Positions 12,251 to 23,500 of a stretch of DNA of 54,445 nt are shown in pieces; position 1 is the first letter of the stretch, and each line of letters opens with the position of its first letter. A program made the translations under genes and the position numbers. Source of the DNA: Callorhinchus milii (Eukaryota); the NCBI RefSeq assembly GCF_018977255.1, contig NW_024705322.1, positions 1 to 54,445 on the forward strand. Reading direction: 5' to 3'. The notes under the pieces were generated by a model. The model was not told the DNA's origin. It made no database searches and saw only the letters and a list, made by a program, of their open reading frames with translations.

Positions 12251-12598
12251 CTAGCTTTACTTCCCGGCTTCGCCCAAGACTTGGATTCTTGTCTTGTGTT
12301 AATACACGGTCTCCGCGGAGGGTGGGGGGGGATGCGTGACGTCAGCAGACACACTGCGTGACGCTGCCGCATGCGGGTGACATCACAGATGTGACGTCAT
12401 CGCTCACTTGCCGTGCAAAATATATCCATTATTGCGCCCCCCCCCCCTAAAATACAAAAGTCAATGTTTATACTTTTGATTGTGTACAGTCTGGCAGCTA
12501 CCCACATGCCAAATTTCAAGTTTGTTGCATGTCGGAAAGTATGCTAAACATTTCGAACAGACACACATATTCACAAATGTCCTTTTTATATACATAGA
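12251..12598 (-). mobile_element. Non-autonomous Helitron
   Basis: Minus strand reads A|TCtatgtatataaaaagg ... ggcgaagccggg hairpin remnant ... CTAG|T: canonical termini and AT target. Confidence 0.7.
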
Positions 12599-12714
12599 TA
12601 TGAATATTTACCATTGCTGGCCACAGCACCCGTGATCGAAGTAAGAGACAACATGAGCAATTAGAGATAGCCAGCCACCGCAGGCCAGGAAAGTCGAGCA
12701 ATATAATTATTTAT

Positions 12715-13011
12715 TTTTCGTGACTGCAGGAATATACTCTTTGGTTCTTTCGGTAAAGTACGTAGTTAAAAATAAATTAAAAATAAACAAATCACGTTTC
12801 GATTGCAACACAAGCAATCATCATCAGGTGGGAAATCCACAGCAAGAAACTTTTTTTTGCTCTTGCCACGGCAGCCACTTCAGTAAAAAAAAAATATTGC
12901 TGTGGTTTTCCCACCTGATGATGATTGCTTGTGTTGCAATCGAAACGTCGTGATTTGTTTTATTTTAATTAATTTCTAACTACGTGACTTTACCGAAAGA
13001 ACCAAAGAGTA
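12715..13011. mobile_element. Penelope-like pLTR inverted pair (family A variant)
   Basis: 12736-12847 is the reverse complement of ~12896-13011. Both arms carry hammerhead cores. Confidence 0.8.
12912..12952 (+). ncRNA. Minimal type I hammerhead ribozyme motif with canonical core
   Basis: CAC-CUGAUGA-U-GAUUGC/uuguguu/GCAAUC-GAAA-CG-UC-GUG, with a perfect 6-bp stem II. Confidence 0.75.
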
Positions 13012-16000
13012 ATTAAACAAACACTAAAAATAATAATCAATGCCTCGACTTTCCTGGCTGGCTGCTGGCTGGGCTACTCTCGACAGCCACCAATAATAAT
13101 TATTGTTATTGGCTGCGGACCATTGCCATGGAAACAAGCTGGGAAGCTGGCGGCACGGGATTTTTTATTTCACGCTTTGATTTAACTCACTCTGTATGTT
13201 GTTGTTGTCGTTGAATCCTCAAATCTTGTAACTCAATTTTAACCCACTTCCCAATGTGGTATCGACTGCAAACTTGGTATACTTATGTCATTCTGATGAC
13301 AATACTATATTCCATTATAAAAATATATATTTATATATTATTTATTATATGTTATGTTTTGGCTTGGGTCTAATTGTCCACGGTCAACTGACGTTGGCTG
13401 TACTTGGCCACGGTCCCTTACGTTATGGCAAGCTCCACTTCCTGGAGTCGTGGATTTCTTCCATTACTAGTACATTTAATAAAAGCGTGTTTTAAAAAAG
13501 TTTTTTTTAAAATTATTCCCTGTAACACAGAAACACTGAGTTGAAATTAAATGACGGAAGAAGTTTGGAAGACAAATAATAATAATAAAGATAGTGACAC
13601 CAAAGAGGTGGGAGTAGCGACGTTTCAAATTGCTCTAACCTTTAAATGTGTGCTCCTATGAAAGTTATTCTGCCACCGGAATATTCTTTGACTCGTATAG
13701 AATGTAGAATCTTATGGAATAAGTGTCAAGAATTGTAGTGCTCCACGTTGAGGACCGTGAGGAGAGCAACCGGTTCTGAATGAGCATTTTTATAAAAAAA
13801 AAACATTGGTTTGTTGATTTAGCATAAATACCTTCACGTTATTTTTTTACATTTTTATAAATAAATAATTCGAAAATGATGCAGGGAAAGTCGATTTGTT
13901 GTGGATTCTGCACCAGTCAATAGACATGAGGTCAGCCTTTACAAATTATACGCAGACTCGCACTAGGCGTAAAATTGATCAATAAAATAATTTTCATTAT
14001 GCCTCTTACAAAAATGCAATATCATACAATACGATTAGTGTGTAAAGACGGCATTTTAAATTCGCAGTATAATTGCATTGGAGCAATGCTGTATTACGAT
14101 ATTATTCCAAAGCCCTTTTGCCCCCAATCCTTTGTATTACTAGGAATATCATTTTATCATAATTGGGTTTGTAGCAATGCATCTAGTCGTTGATTGGGAT
14201 AGAGCTTTAACTCACTCACGGAACGCGCATGAAGTCACGTGGGTGAGACTTTGGCTTGCTTACAATTTCATGCAAACCACGGGCAAATTACGTGCCGACG
14301 TTACGTTTATGATTTTGGGAGTGGACAAAAAAACCGGCCCACACCCCCCCCCCCACCACCGGAGAAAGACGAGAGAAAAAATATAAACGACGCAAAGATG
14401 AAAAAAAAATGTCAAATCGTGACCGTGACAGTTAATCAAATCGCCGGGTGGTCAGGGGTTACATAATTACAAGCATTTGATCGTAATTGAACATTTTGTG
14501 TGACAACACTGCTTTGTCAGTGGTGCATGGTGCACAAGAAACGAAAACTCAACACGCCTCGACAACCTTAATATAAATGGAACAAATATAAATAGCGTCC
14601 GCGCGGCATTCCAAGCAGTGCCCGATCCTTCGTAGCAGAGATTCGGAGGGCCGTTGCCCGAAACGTCGGCTATGATATATTTGCGCATGTTCAGGGCCAG
14701 CATTATCACCATCATCGCGACTGCCTCTTGCCCACGTCAATCCGCGCTCCGGACACATCGAAGCAACCGCGGGCAATTTCTGAACAGCAGTGGCTTTACC
14801 TCGAATCGCATTGCCCCCTCGCCCCACGTGCACATCAACCTTCTCCAGCCCATATCCGCTCCTCCCCCCACCGCCCCCACCCACAACCCACAACCCACAA
14901 ACCCTCCCCTTACCCATACCCACCCCCCTCTCTTCCTCTCCGCACCGCATATCTCTTTGCCGCTCCTCTTGTTTCCATGGAGATAGTCACTCGGTCTCCC
15001 CAATCCTCGCCGCTCTTTCCACTCCGACACACGCTGGCGTGCACAAAAGCACCGAAGCCCTCCCTCCCTCCTCCTCTTCCCTCCCCCCTACATGTCCGTG
15101 CAGGTGCGGAATTTTAATTGGCGCATCCTCGCGTTGCAAGGCGTTGCGGCATTTTGGGAACTGATGGTGCTGTGAGTTGGAGCCGGTTATGGGACATGGA
15201 ACTGCCATTCCCCGGTGTAATTAGATGTACACACGGTCCTACATCTGTATATATATATGTGTGTGTCAGTGTATGTATGTATTTATCAACATTATTCACA
15301 TATACACGAGACAAAGAAACGAATATATACCATTTATTTATTTTTAATTACAAAGATCGTTGGAGATACATATAAAAGATAAGCATATTAGCATATCGTC
15401 AATATCTTTGGCCATTATCGACTGCTGAATGAAAGCCTGCCCATGCTCTTACCAATCCGTCATGGTCCAGCGATGTCAAAATCCATTGCACTCTTTCCAC
15501 ACGTGAAGTATGAAGAGTCAGTGTTCTACTGGCATTGGCCACTTTGCTTTTTTACCATTGAAGTTATTTCATTATATCAAGACAGATTTTACAAATGTTC
15601 CTACATCGCGGTATCATGGGAGATGTTGTTGATTTGAGAAGGCCCTTCATCCAGCAGTGGACTGACCAAGGCTTATGATGATGATAATTACACATTTAAC
15701 GTGTCTTTCACACTGGTAATTTTTTACATCATGTTTTTCGATATATGTTTTTACACGTAGGCTTTCGCGACCAATATTATCCACAATACAGGGTGTTTTA
15801 TTTCTTTTGTTGTTGTTAAATCGCGTATATATATCTAACCCAAAAAAAACCTTTCTTATAGATAGTATTTTTTTTTAACCCATAATTAACATTGTTTCTT
15901 GTTAATGCCATTCTTCTATTGAGAAGAAGAAGAAGCTATTAAAAGATAATGTTACATCTTTTTCAAAATCACATTACATTCAGCGACAGGTCGCATGTGG

Positions 16001-17360
16001 AGGGGTAAAGTGTTGGTATGTCCACCTCTTACAACACATCTGGCCAGCGTGGGAGCCGCATGTCAAGTCTCAAGCACCTTCTAGAGAGGCCCCGTAGAGC
16101 TCCCCATAGTGGAGGCCCTTCCACCAGCAGTAGCATGCGCAAGGAATTGCAGGGCTGTGCCTTTCGCTTTTCGTTGCATTTATAAAACAATTAAATGCGT
16201 ACAAAGAGAAACGTGCCCGGAACACATTTTCTAAAATGGCGCAAAAGATAGGGATTGATTAATATAATTTCAAATTCATGAAAAAAAACGTCGCACGCAA
16301 AAAACAATATACAGAGTACACATAGCTGTCGAAATGAAAATAAATAAGCAGGCCTTTGAAATGAATGAAATGAAATCACGTGGCGGTATTATTTGCAGAT
16401 ACCCAAGCCAAAGGGACCCACGCTGCTAGGCTTTCTTTCTTTGCTTTTATTGATCGACCAGAAATCTGTTTTCCGGTTAAAAATAGCATCGCCTGCTTCT
16501 CGTCCACGGCAGTATTCTCTGTCTTCTGCAGAACACTATTACCGTGGCGGTCTGATTCCACGTCATTATTGTCGCATTTTAATTTGTGAGACAAAATTCT
16601 GCCGATTTATTTCTCTTCAGTTCAAATGGTTATTGATGGCGGTATAATGATACCGAGGTTAAACGACAACGGCTGAGCCACTTGATTTAAATGTACCCGT
16701 AATATACATCACAATGGATCGGTTTGAAATAATAATATTAACATACAACCCTTTGTGGATCCACTACCGGATGAAGGTCTCCACACGCCCTGCCCGTCAT
16801 GCTTTTGTAGTTTCAGATATCGAAATAGATTGCTGGGTTCATAGCGAAGTGTACTAACCACTGTGCCACCACTCCATCCCAGCTTCTCGTATACAAACTC
16901 ACGTTAATGGGCACCGTCAAGTGGAGCTATTGCTGAAGCTGGCCTTTGACAAATTAATTCAAAATAAAGTAGCCTTTTCAATCTTTACTTTATATACACA
17001 ACACTGCATATATATTCTTTCATGCGCTATATATTCTTTCATGCGCTATGCTTTTCATTACCTACGATACAATTGTCTTATGTGCGCAGTGGTGTTCGTG
17101 TATTTTATTGGGACCTATAAAATACGGTCTATTTGCAACATCAATTCTCGGGCCACAAAATAAGGGGGATAAATATTTGTATCCGTATACAAAGTAGTAC
17201 AACTTAAGAAGCATAGTTCGGAGTGGCCACATTCGAACGGGCTTTGTTCTAGAAATGTCAACAAGACTGCAAAGAACGAAAGAAACCCACGCTTAGCGAT
17301 ATGGGTTGCGGGTAAACCAAACCCCATGTGTCCCTTCCATTTAATGGACTGGTTTTGTCT

Positions 17361-17722
17361 TTTTTAAATCCTTTATATTAAGTTCGCTTGCTTGCTTGCG
17401 TGCTTGCGTGCTTGCTTGCTTGCTTACGACCGTGCACATCTTTCGGTCGTTGTTTAACACACTTCCCGTGATCCAATCGAGCTGACATTTTCCACACAGA
17501 CTCGTTGTGCGTGATAATTAATTTTCGTGAAAATTTTTCCAAAATTTTTACACTGTTTAGGGAAAAAATGTTAAATATGTAATTACCAATTGCTTAATGC
17601 TGGCAGACAATCATCTGACCCATAGGTGGCAGCCATCTCAAGCCAGAGGACGAGAGGACTCTAGCCGCCACGCATATAAAGGATTTATAGTGAAAAACTT
17701 TGTTTTTACGGGTAAATTTTTT
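17361..17722 (+). mobile_element. HINE/DINE-1-like element, full copy
   Basis: Reverse complement of 8663-8996. Confidence 0.75.
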
Positions 17723-17809
17723 TTTACTAAATTTCCTGGAGGAAGGGACATCTCAGACGCTCATGCTTGAAGCGTTTTTTAAGTTTGTTCCTCGTTTCGT
17801 GGGGTTGCT

Positions 17810-18005
17810 GATGTGGTGTAATGGTCAGCAGCTCACCGCACTCGCAATACAGAGGTCGCTGGTTCGATTTGATCTCCCGGTGAGGCATTTGAAACGATTG
17901 GGAAAGTTTCTAAATTTCCTTTCGCCTTTGTCCACCCAGCAGCCTGGACGGGTAGACCACAGGTAGTCAATCAACAAGTTGTGTGTATGGCAGGGTAAAA
18001 TGTGT
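17810..18005 (+). mobile_element. tRNA-derived SINE, 5' part
   Basis: gtggtgtaatggtcagc ... ggttcgattt B-box; body resembles 9880-10075. Confidence 0.55.
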
Positions 18006-19386
18006 TCTAGATTTGAAACGATTGGTAAAATGTGTGTTTTTGTATTCTTTGTTGTTGTAACGTTCTAACCACGTACCTCAACAACTGGAAATCTGTGAAA
18101 AAACTAGCTTCATAGCTCATCGGATTCCCCGACTATTAATACATATTCTGATACAATTGTGTGGCCTATACGGAAGAGTAAGCAAACTAATCCTATGGAT
18201 GGCTTTTCTAGAGTAGCCTCGAATGGAGGACCATCTGCCAGCAGTTGTGTGGGCAAGCAGTAGCAGTGGTGCACCTTTCCATATTTTTAAAATTTCGCAA
18301 TTTCAAATTAAGCTTTGGGCTCCAAGAGGCTCAAGGGGACTCAGATTCGTGAACATTAAATTGAAAGCACCGAATTTATGCTCGAATTCAGATCCTAATA
18401 AATATAAAATCCAATTACCATAAAGCAGCTCACTTATCTCGCTCTTCTCTATCTTGTCTGCAGGTCTGTTATTTCATCTTACTGCATCTGAACACATTGC
18501 CATACACAAGAATAACATATAATAATGACGTCTCACTAGGAGTAACGAGAGTTGCATCGTATTAATTACACACAACGTAATACCGACGCATTGCCACCGT
18601 CACACAAATAAGAAGGAGACATCACAGTGATACACTCCGCTGCTCCTGATGCGGTTGTTTGGCTTGAACACCCGAATGTGAAATTGTAGCTTTTGCTCTG
18701 CATCTATATCAGCTCATACGAAAGAAGGAGACTATGAGTTTACACATTTAAAGGGGGCGGGGAATGCCAAAATGAATGTATGCTTCAGGCCTCCAATGGA
18801 ACCGCACCACCAATACACCTGGAGTGCTAATGGTCAGTTCAGCAGCAGCACATTGCAAGGAAATTTTTATCAGCTTCTGTCAGAAATACTCTCGGTTTTC
18901 AAATGGCAACCCGCTCCCCGCCCGCCCGCCCGCCCGCCGCCCACCCACCCACCCCCACCACTGCCACCTCCAAATAGGTCCCAACCTTAGTCCCTTCCCA
19001 TCCAGGGCTTCATCATTCCCCGCGTCTCACGAGGTGGCGAATTTCATCCAACCAAGCAGTTCCCGGGGAGGGAGCATGGGCAATGTCAATCCGTAAAAAA
19101 TTGGCACACGTGATCGACGTTTGTGCAATGAATAAATAACTGACTGGGTTTTTTTTTTCTTCTTCTCCTTCAACGTACAGTGGTTTTGCTGTTGCATAAT
19201 ATTGATCTGGAGAACAAATAGGCTCATAGAATAAACCTTTTTTTGTAATTTGTATAAGAAGTTGACACGTAATTTGAGTTCTGTATACAATGTTGATTTT
19301 GCGTTGAACATTGCCCCATCATTTTAGATCGAGTGCTCTTACCAATAACATCTGATTACCAGCAGCATTTACTGAACAAGCCCGCG

Positions 19387-19427
19387 ACTCAGCTGATGAG
19401 ACCAAGATGTTGAAACTAGTCCAGAGT
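19387..19427 (+). ncRNA. Type I hammerhead motif (distinct subfamily)
   Basis: ACUCAG-CUGAUGA-GAC/caagau/GUU-GAAA-CUAG-UC-CAGAGU; stem III region is the palindrome ACUAGU. Confidence 0.6.
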
Positions 19428-19652
19428 TTTCTTGATTAAACAAACGCTTCTGGATGTTGTTGGTCTGGAAAGCCAATGGGCTGGTCGACTAAAACGTGTT
19501 ATATTTAACACGTAGGCTTTCGCGACCAATATTATTCATAATATCGGTTTTTGGGTCAGATCGCTTTATTTATATGAATAGAATTAAATGATGACGTCAC
19601 CCTGATGCTGCTCTATTTAAGACCGGAAGCAACAGGAGAGCTTCACCATTCT

Positions 19653-19693
19653 TGCCCGATGAAGCTGATTGTAATTATTAGCGAAACGTCGTA
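19653..19693 (+). ncRNA. Degenerate minimal hammerhead (subfamily B; core CCGAUGA)
   Basis: UGC-CCGAUGA-A-GCUGAU/uguaauu/AUUAGC-GAAA-CG-UC-GUA. A homologue lies at 52578-52618. Confidence 0.55.
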
Positions 19694-19739
19694 CTCAAAT
19701 TTTTTAATGTCCGCGAAGGGGCTAAACCACCAAAGAGCG

Positions 19740-20500
19740 GCTCTACACCAATAGAGCGAGACCAGCTGCGCTTGGCCCGCGACTGGAAATGCTAGCTGAC
19801 ATTGGCCGGCAACTTGTGTTTCCTCCGGAGATCGCAACCACCACCCTAAGACCTGACATGGTGCTCTGGTCCCGTTCGCTCAAGAAGGTCTTCATCATTG
19901 AGCTCACAGTACCTGGGAGGACTCAGTAGATGAGGCTTATGAGCGAAAACATCTGCGCTATGCCGATCTAGCTGCTGAAGCACGGCATCATGGCTGGAAC
20001 ACAGAAGTCCGACCAGTGGAGGTGGGCTGCAGAGTTTTGTGGCAACATCTACAACCAGACTGCTTAGAGACCTGGGAATTAAGGGCCAGAGCCAGCGTTC
20101 GGCAATCAGAGCTGTATCGGAGGCGGCAGAAGCAGCAGTCAGTGGCTCTGGATGAAGAGGAAAGACCCCAGCTGGGCCCCAAAGTGAGAGGCAGGAGGTA
20201 TGCAGTCAACAATGCTTGACTCAGGATGAGGACGCCCCTGCCATGCATAGTCCCATGGGATGTTGGCTATCAACAAGGCAACTCCTATGACTAATTGGGA
20301 ATGGGACGCAAGCGTAGGATTGATCACCCTGTCGCTGGCCGCCTTTGGGAGGGTGTATAGTATGAAAGGCCGAAACACCCTAGGACCCAAAGGTTCACTA
20401 CTGACGATGCGCTCCCCAAGTTTCACCAGGCTCACTGTTCATGAACTCTTGGAAGTGCTTGCACAAAGGATAATAACATCTCATCCTGTGTTCTTTGGAA
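19740..20500 (+). mobile_element. 5'-truncated HERO/R2-group non-LTR retrotransposon: restriction-like endonuclease C-terminus plus 3' UTR
   Basis: With small frameshifts it reads LADIGRQLVFPPEIATTTLRPDMVLWSRSLKKVFIIELTVP/WEDSVDEAYERKHLRYADLAAEARHHGWNTEVRPVEVGCR/FVATSTTRLLRDLGIKG...QWLWMKRKDPSWAPK, stop at 20185-20187. The RPD..IIELTVPWE..ERK..Y pattern is the RLE motif typical of HERO. Confidence 0.85.
20350..20413 (+). ncRNA. Candidate non-circularly permuted hammerhead ribozyme
   Basis: AGGGUG-UA-UAGU ... AGGCC-GAAA-CACCCU ... hairpin GGACC/caaa/GGUUC ... ACUA-CUGACGA-U-GCGCU. Stem III has 7 bp, stem I has 4 bp, stem II is imperfect. Confidence 0.6.
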
Positions 20501-20530
20501 NNNNNNNNNNNNNNNNNNNNNNNNNNNNNN
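20501..20530. other. 30-N gap
   Basis: Run of n in the sequence. Confidence 1.
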
Positions 20531-23500
20531 CCTGCACATGTATATCGAAACGCACACTTAGATTACTAACCACTCTGGTGGGTGTAACGGAGCGTCTTTG
20601 TCTTGGACTCATGAGTAGCGTAATGCGTTTGGAGGTTCATGGGTAACCCGTGGTATTAGCTGTTACCTTGTTCACTCAGATAGGCTTGAAAAAGTTGGGT
20701 CCATCGGAAATGAGTAGAACATAAGTGCATCAGCTATCGATACAGTCGTTCTTATAAGGTGTGTTCGCCACGTTCCCATATCAGATCCCAACATCGTACT
20801 TTCGGTTTAACGCAGGTCGCGAGCAACGTGCTCCAGGCTGGCTTATTCTGCATGATCGCGGCCACGTGTATACTTTCAGTAAATCGTAGCGAACTGCCGT
20901 TCAGGTGCCGGACGAGGCAGGCCTGGTTATGATGATTCAGAACGTGTCCCGCCCTGTGGAATTGACCACTGGCAACAACGACTCGTCAGAACTCGCCATG
21001 GCTATATTCTCCTGGTTGGTACATTCAACCGGCACCGTATAACTTCATGAACGTTCGCCAGCGATGCTAATCGAAAAATGTGCCTTGAATACCCCGTCTC
21101 CAGCCTCCATTCAGTTAGCGCCGCAGATACTATATTAGTCCTTTCCACCCTTGGGCCACTTTGTGGTGCCTATACATAAATTCTTACGCGGACAGAAAGC
21201 AAGGTGTTAGGACCCATGATGATAACGGTAATCCCCAGGGTGTAGTGGTTACGTATTAGATGCATTATTCGGAAGATAATCCTGCGGTTCAAACGCTCAG
21301 GGTACATTTCGAAAAGGCGGATTTAGTGGCGCCGAACCTTGGGGATTGCGTCCTTTTCTTTGGGATGAAAGCGTAACAACAAGGCTTGCTGAATAGCCGT
21401 GGCTAGTGATTAGGATTGCTCCTGGTGGACGTTAAGAGACAACTCCGGAGTCCTTCTGATTTGGCAGATCTAAGCTTGAGTGCACACGGTCCCCACTGAG
21501 GTGCAGTGACAAATTCAGATTGCAAATGTTCATAAGATCAATGTTTACCTTCGAACGTAAAACCATGCCTTCTTGTAGGCGCGCTATTTTAACTCGCCTC
21601 CGAATCTATGGTCCTGGTCCGACTACTGCATAAGGAATCTACGCTTTCTTCAGGATAATAGGTCCCCCTCCCTATGTTTAGCTAGCTATTCCCACATCCC
21701 TTTTTTTTATTTTCTGCGAGCAGGCGGACAGATATATACCGAATCGGGCAGCACAGAATCATTGTTTCCATGCGGGGTTTCGCCTACAGACATACGGCGG
21801 CATTGCTGATAGCCTCTTAGCAACGGTTTGGAATTAGAAGTATTCCCCAAACGGGGCAAAAGTTCCGGAAAAACCTAAATTGATGACATACAAAGTTACG
21901 TTTCGATTAAATTGGGACCCCTACAGTGAGTAGTGCTACTTAGAGACAGCGCAAAGAACGTGTGGCACTACGCGCACTACGAGCGTCTCATGGGTAGGTG
22001 ACTTAACACACCGCTGGTGTCGGCGTCTCGTTGAAAACTTAGCTCCGCGCAGGTGCACATACTACCGAGAGTCGCGCTAATAGAGGTAGGGATTGGCAGC
22101 TTACGTATAACTGAGGTACTAGGTCTTCACCCACCGAACGGGACCTTCGTAGTACTGTGGAGGTAATAACGTTTTTTGGGCGAAGGTCACGTATAGAAGG
22201 GTGTCATCCCCTTTCGTCGCATCGTTCCACATTTCGGGTTAGCCTGATGGTCCTAGGGCAGTCTGTTTGTCGTGTATTGAATCAACTAACGAGTACGTAG
22301 GTCCAGTCAGCATGCCCTAGGACCGAGTCCTGATTACCTTACTTGGCGTAATTTAATATCCTATCGCCAAAACCCGCTTACGTCTCTTTTGTTAGGTTGT
22401 TTAGGCAGAGACCTCATATATCACTTTAAAAAGCGATGCATTCAGGAGGGGAGTTAATAATTCAGAAGTCGACTCGCGCGATTGAAATTGATTAACATGA
22501 ACTTTGCTGCGCTAATTTTAACGGTTAGGAACCTCATGAGGCCGCCACCGATCTTACTGAGTTGATCACCCTCTGACGTTTAGAACTTATCGCTAAAGCA
22601 CATCATGTCCATAGGTGTCGATGGGTCGAACAACTTGGACGAAATTCCCCACATACCTAGAGGCATTAGAATCAGTTTCGTACGTCTCAGAGCTACGCCG
22701 AAGCCGTTAACTGTAAATATAGCTTACATAAATAACAGTATCATCCTTGTTGCTCATCGCAAAGCTTGACGCTTCCTGCAAGGAAGGATCCTTATCGCTG
22801 GGTTAGGAGCCTGCAAAGCGCACTCGGGGTGAGAGTATGGTTTAACACGCAGAACCGGCCGACCCTCGTACATAGCTGAAGGAAACAGACGAATTTGAAA
22901 ACGCGATAATATGCCGATCCCACCGTAATATGTAAATAGCGCCGCGCATTAGTGCTCTTTGACGGTGTCTGAAGTCTGATATAATTTTAGATGACGCCTC
23001 CAAAACTCTTTGTGGCCACGGTTAACACTTGTGGGTGTGAGAACTCGAAGTCCAGGTAAAAATTTTAACGTGATCTTGGAACGGTGTTGGCAGTCGTACA
23101 CTTCTACTTGTTTGCACGTAACGCGGCCACCAATCCCAACGCCGTTGTAATCTGACTGTTAAACGTATCAGAGCGAGCCACACCCTTACATTATGGGGCA
23201 GCATGATCTTTGGAAGTGGGGCTGCGATGGCAGAAAAGCGTCGGAGTACAGAATTAAATGGTGACCATTGCAACATTGCACTCCGTTTACTAACGGCGGA
23301 CGTAAGGCTAAACACTGCAGGCCACATTTTTGCAAATTCGGCGCATGCTGACATTGTACCTCTGGGCAGATCAGCAAATGGGTGTGCTCAGATTATTCCC
23401 GACGAAACCTTCCTACGGCTACTCTATCCCTCTGCGATTCTAACGGGGGCGGTATCCGACGGTAAAGTACAATAGTTACGGACCACCCTCCTTGTCCTGT

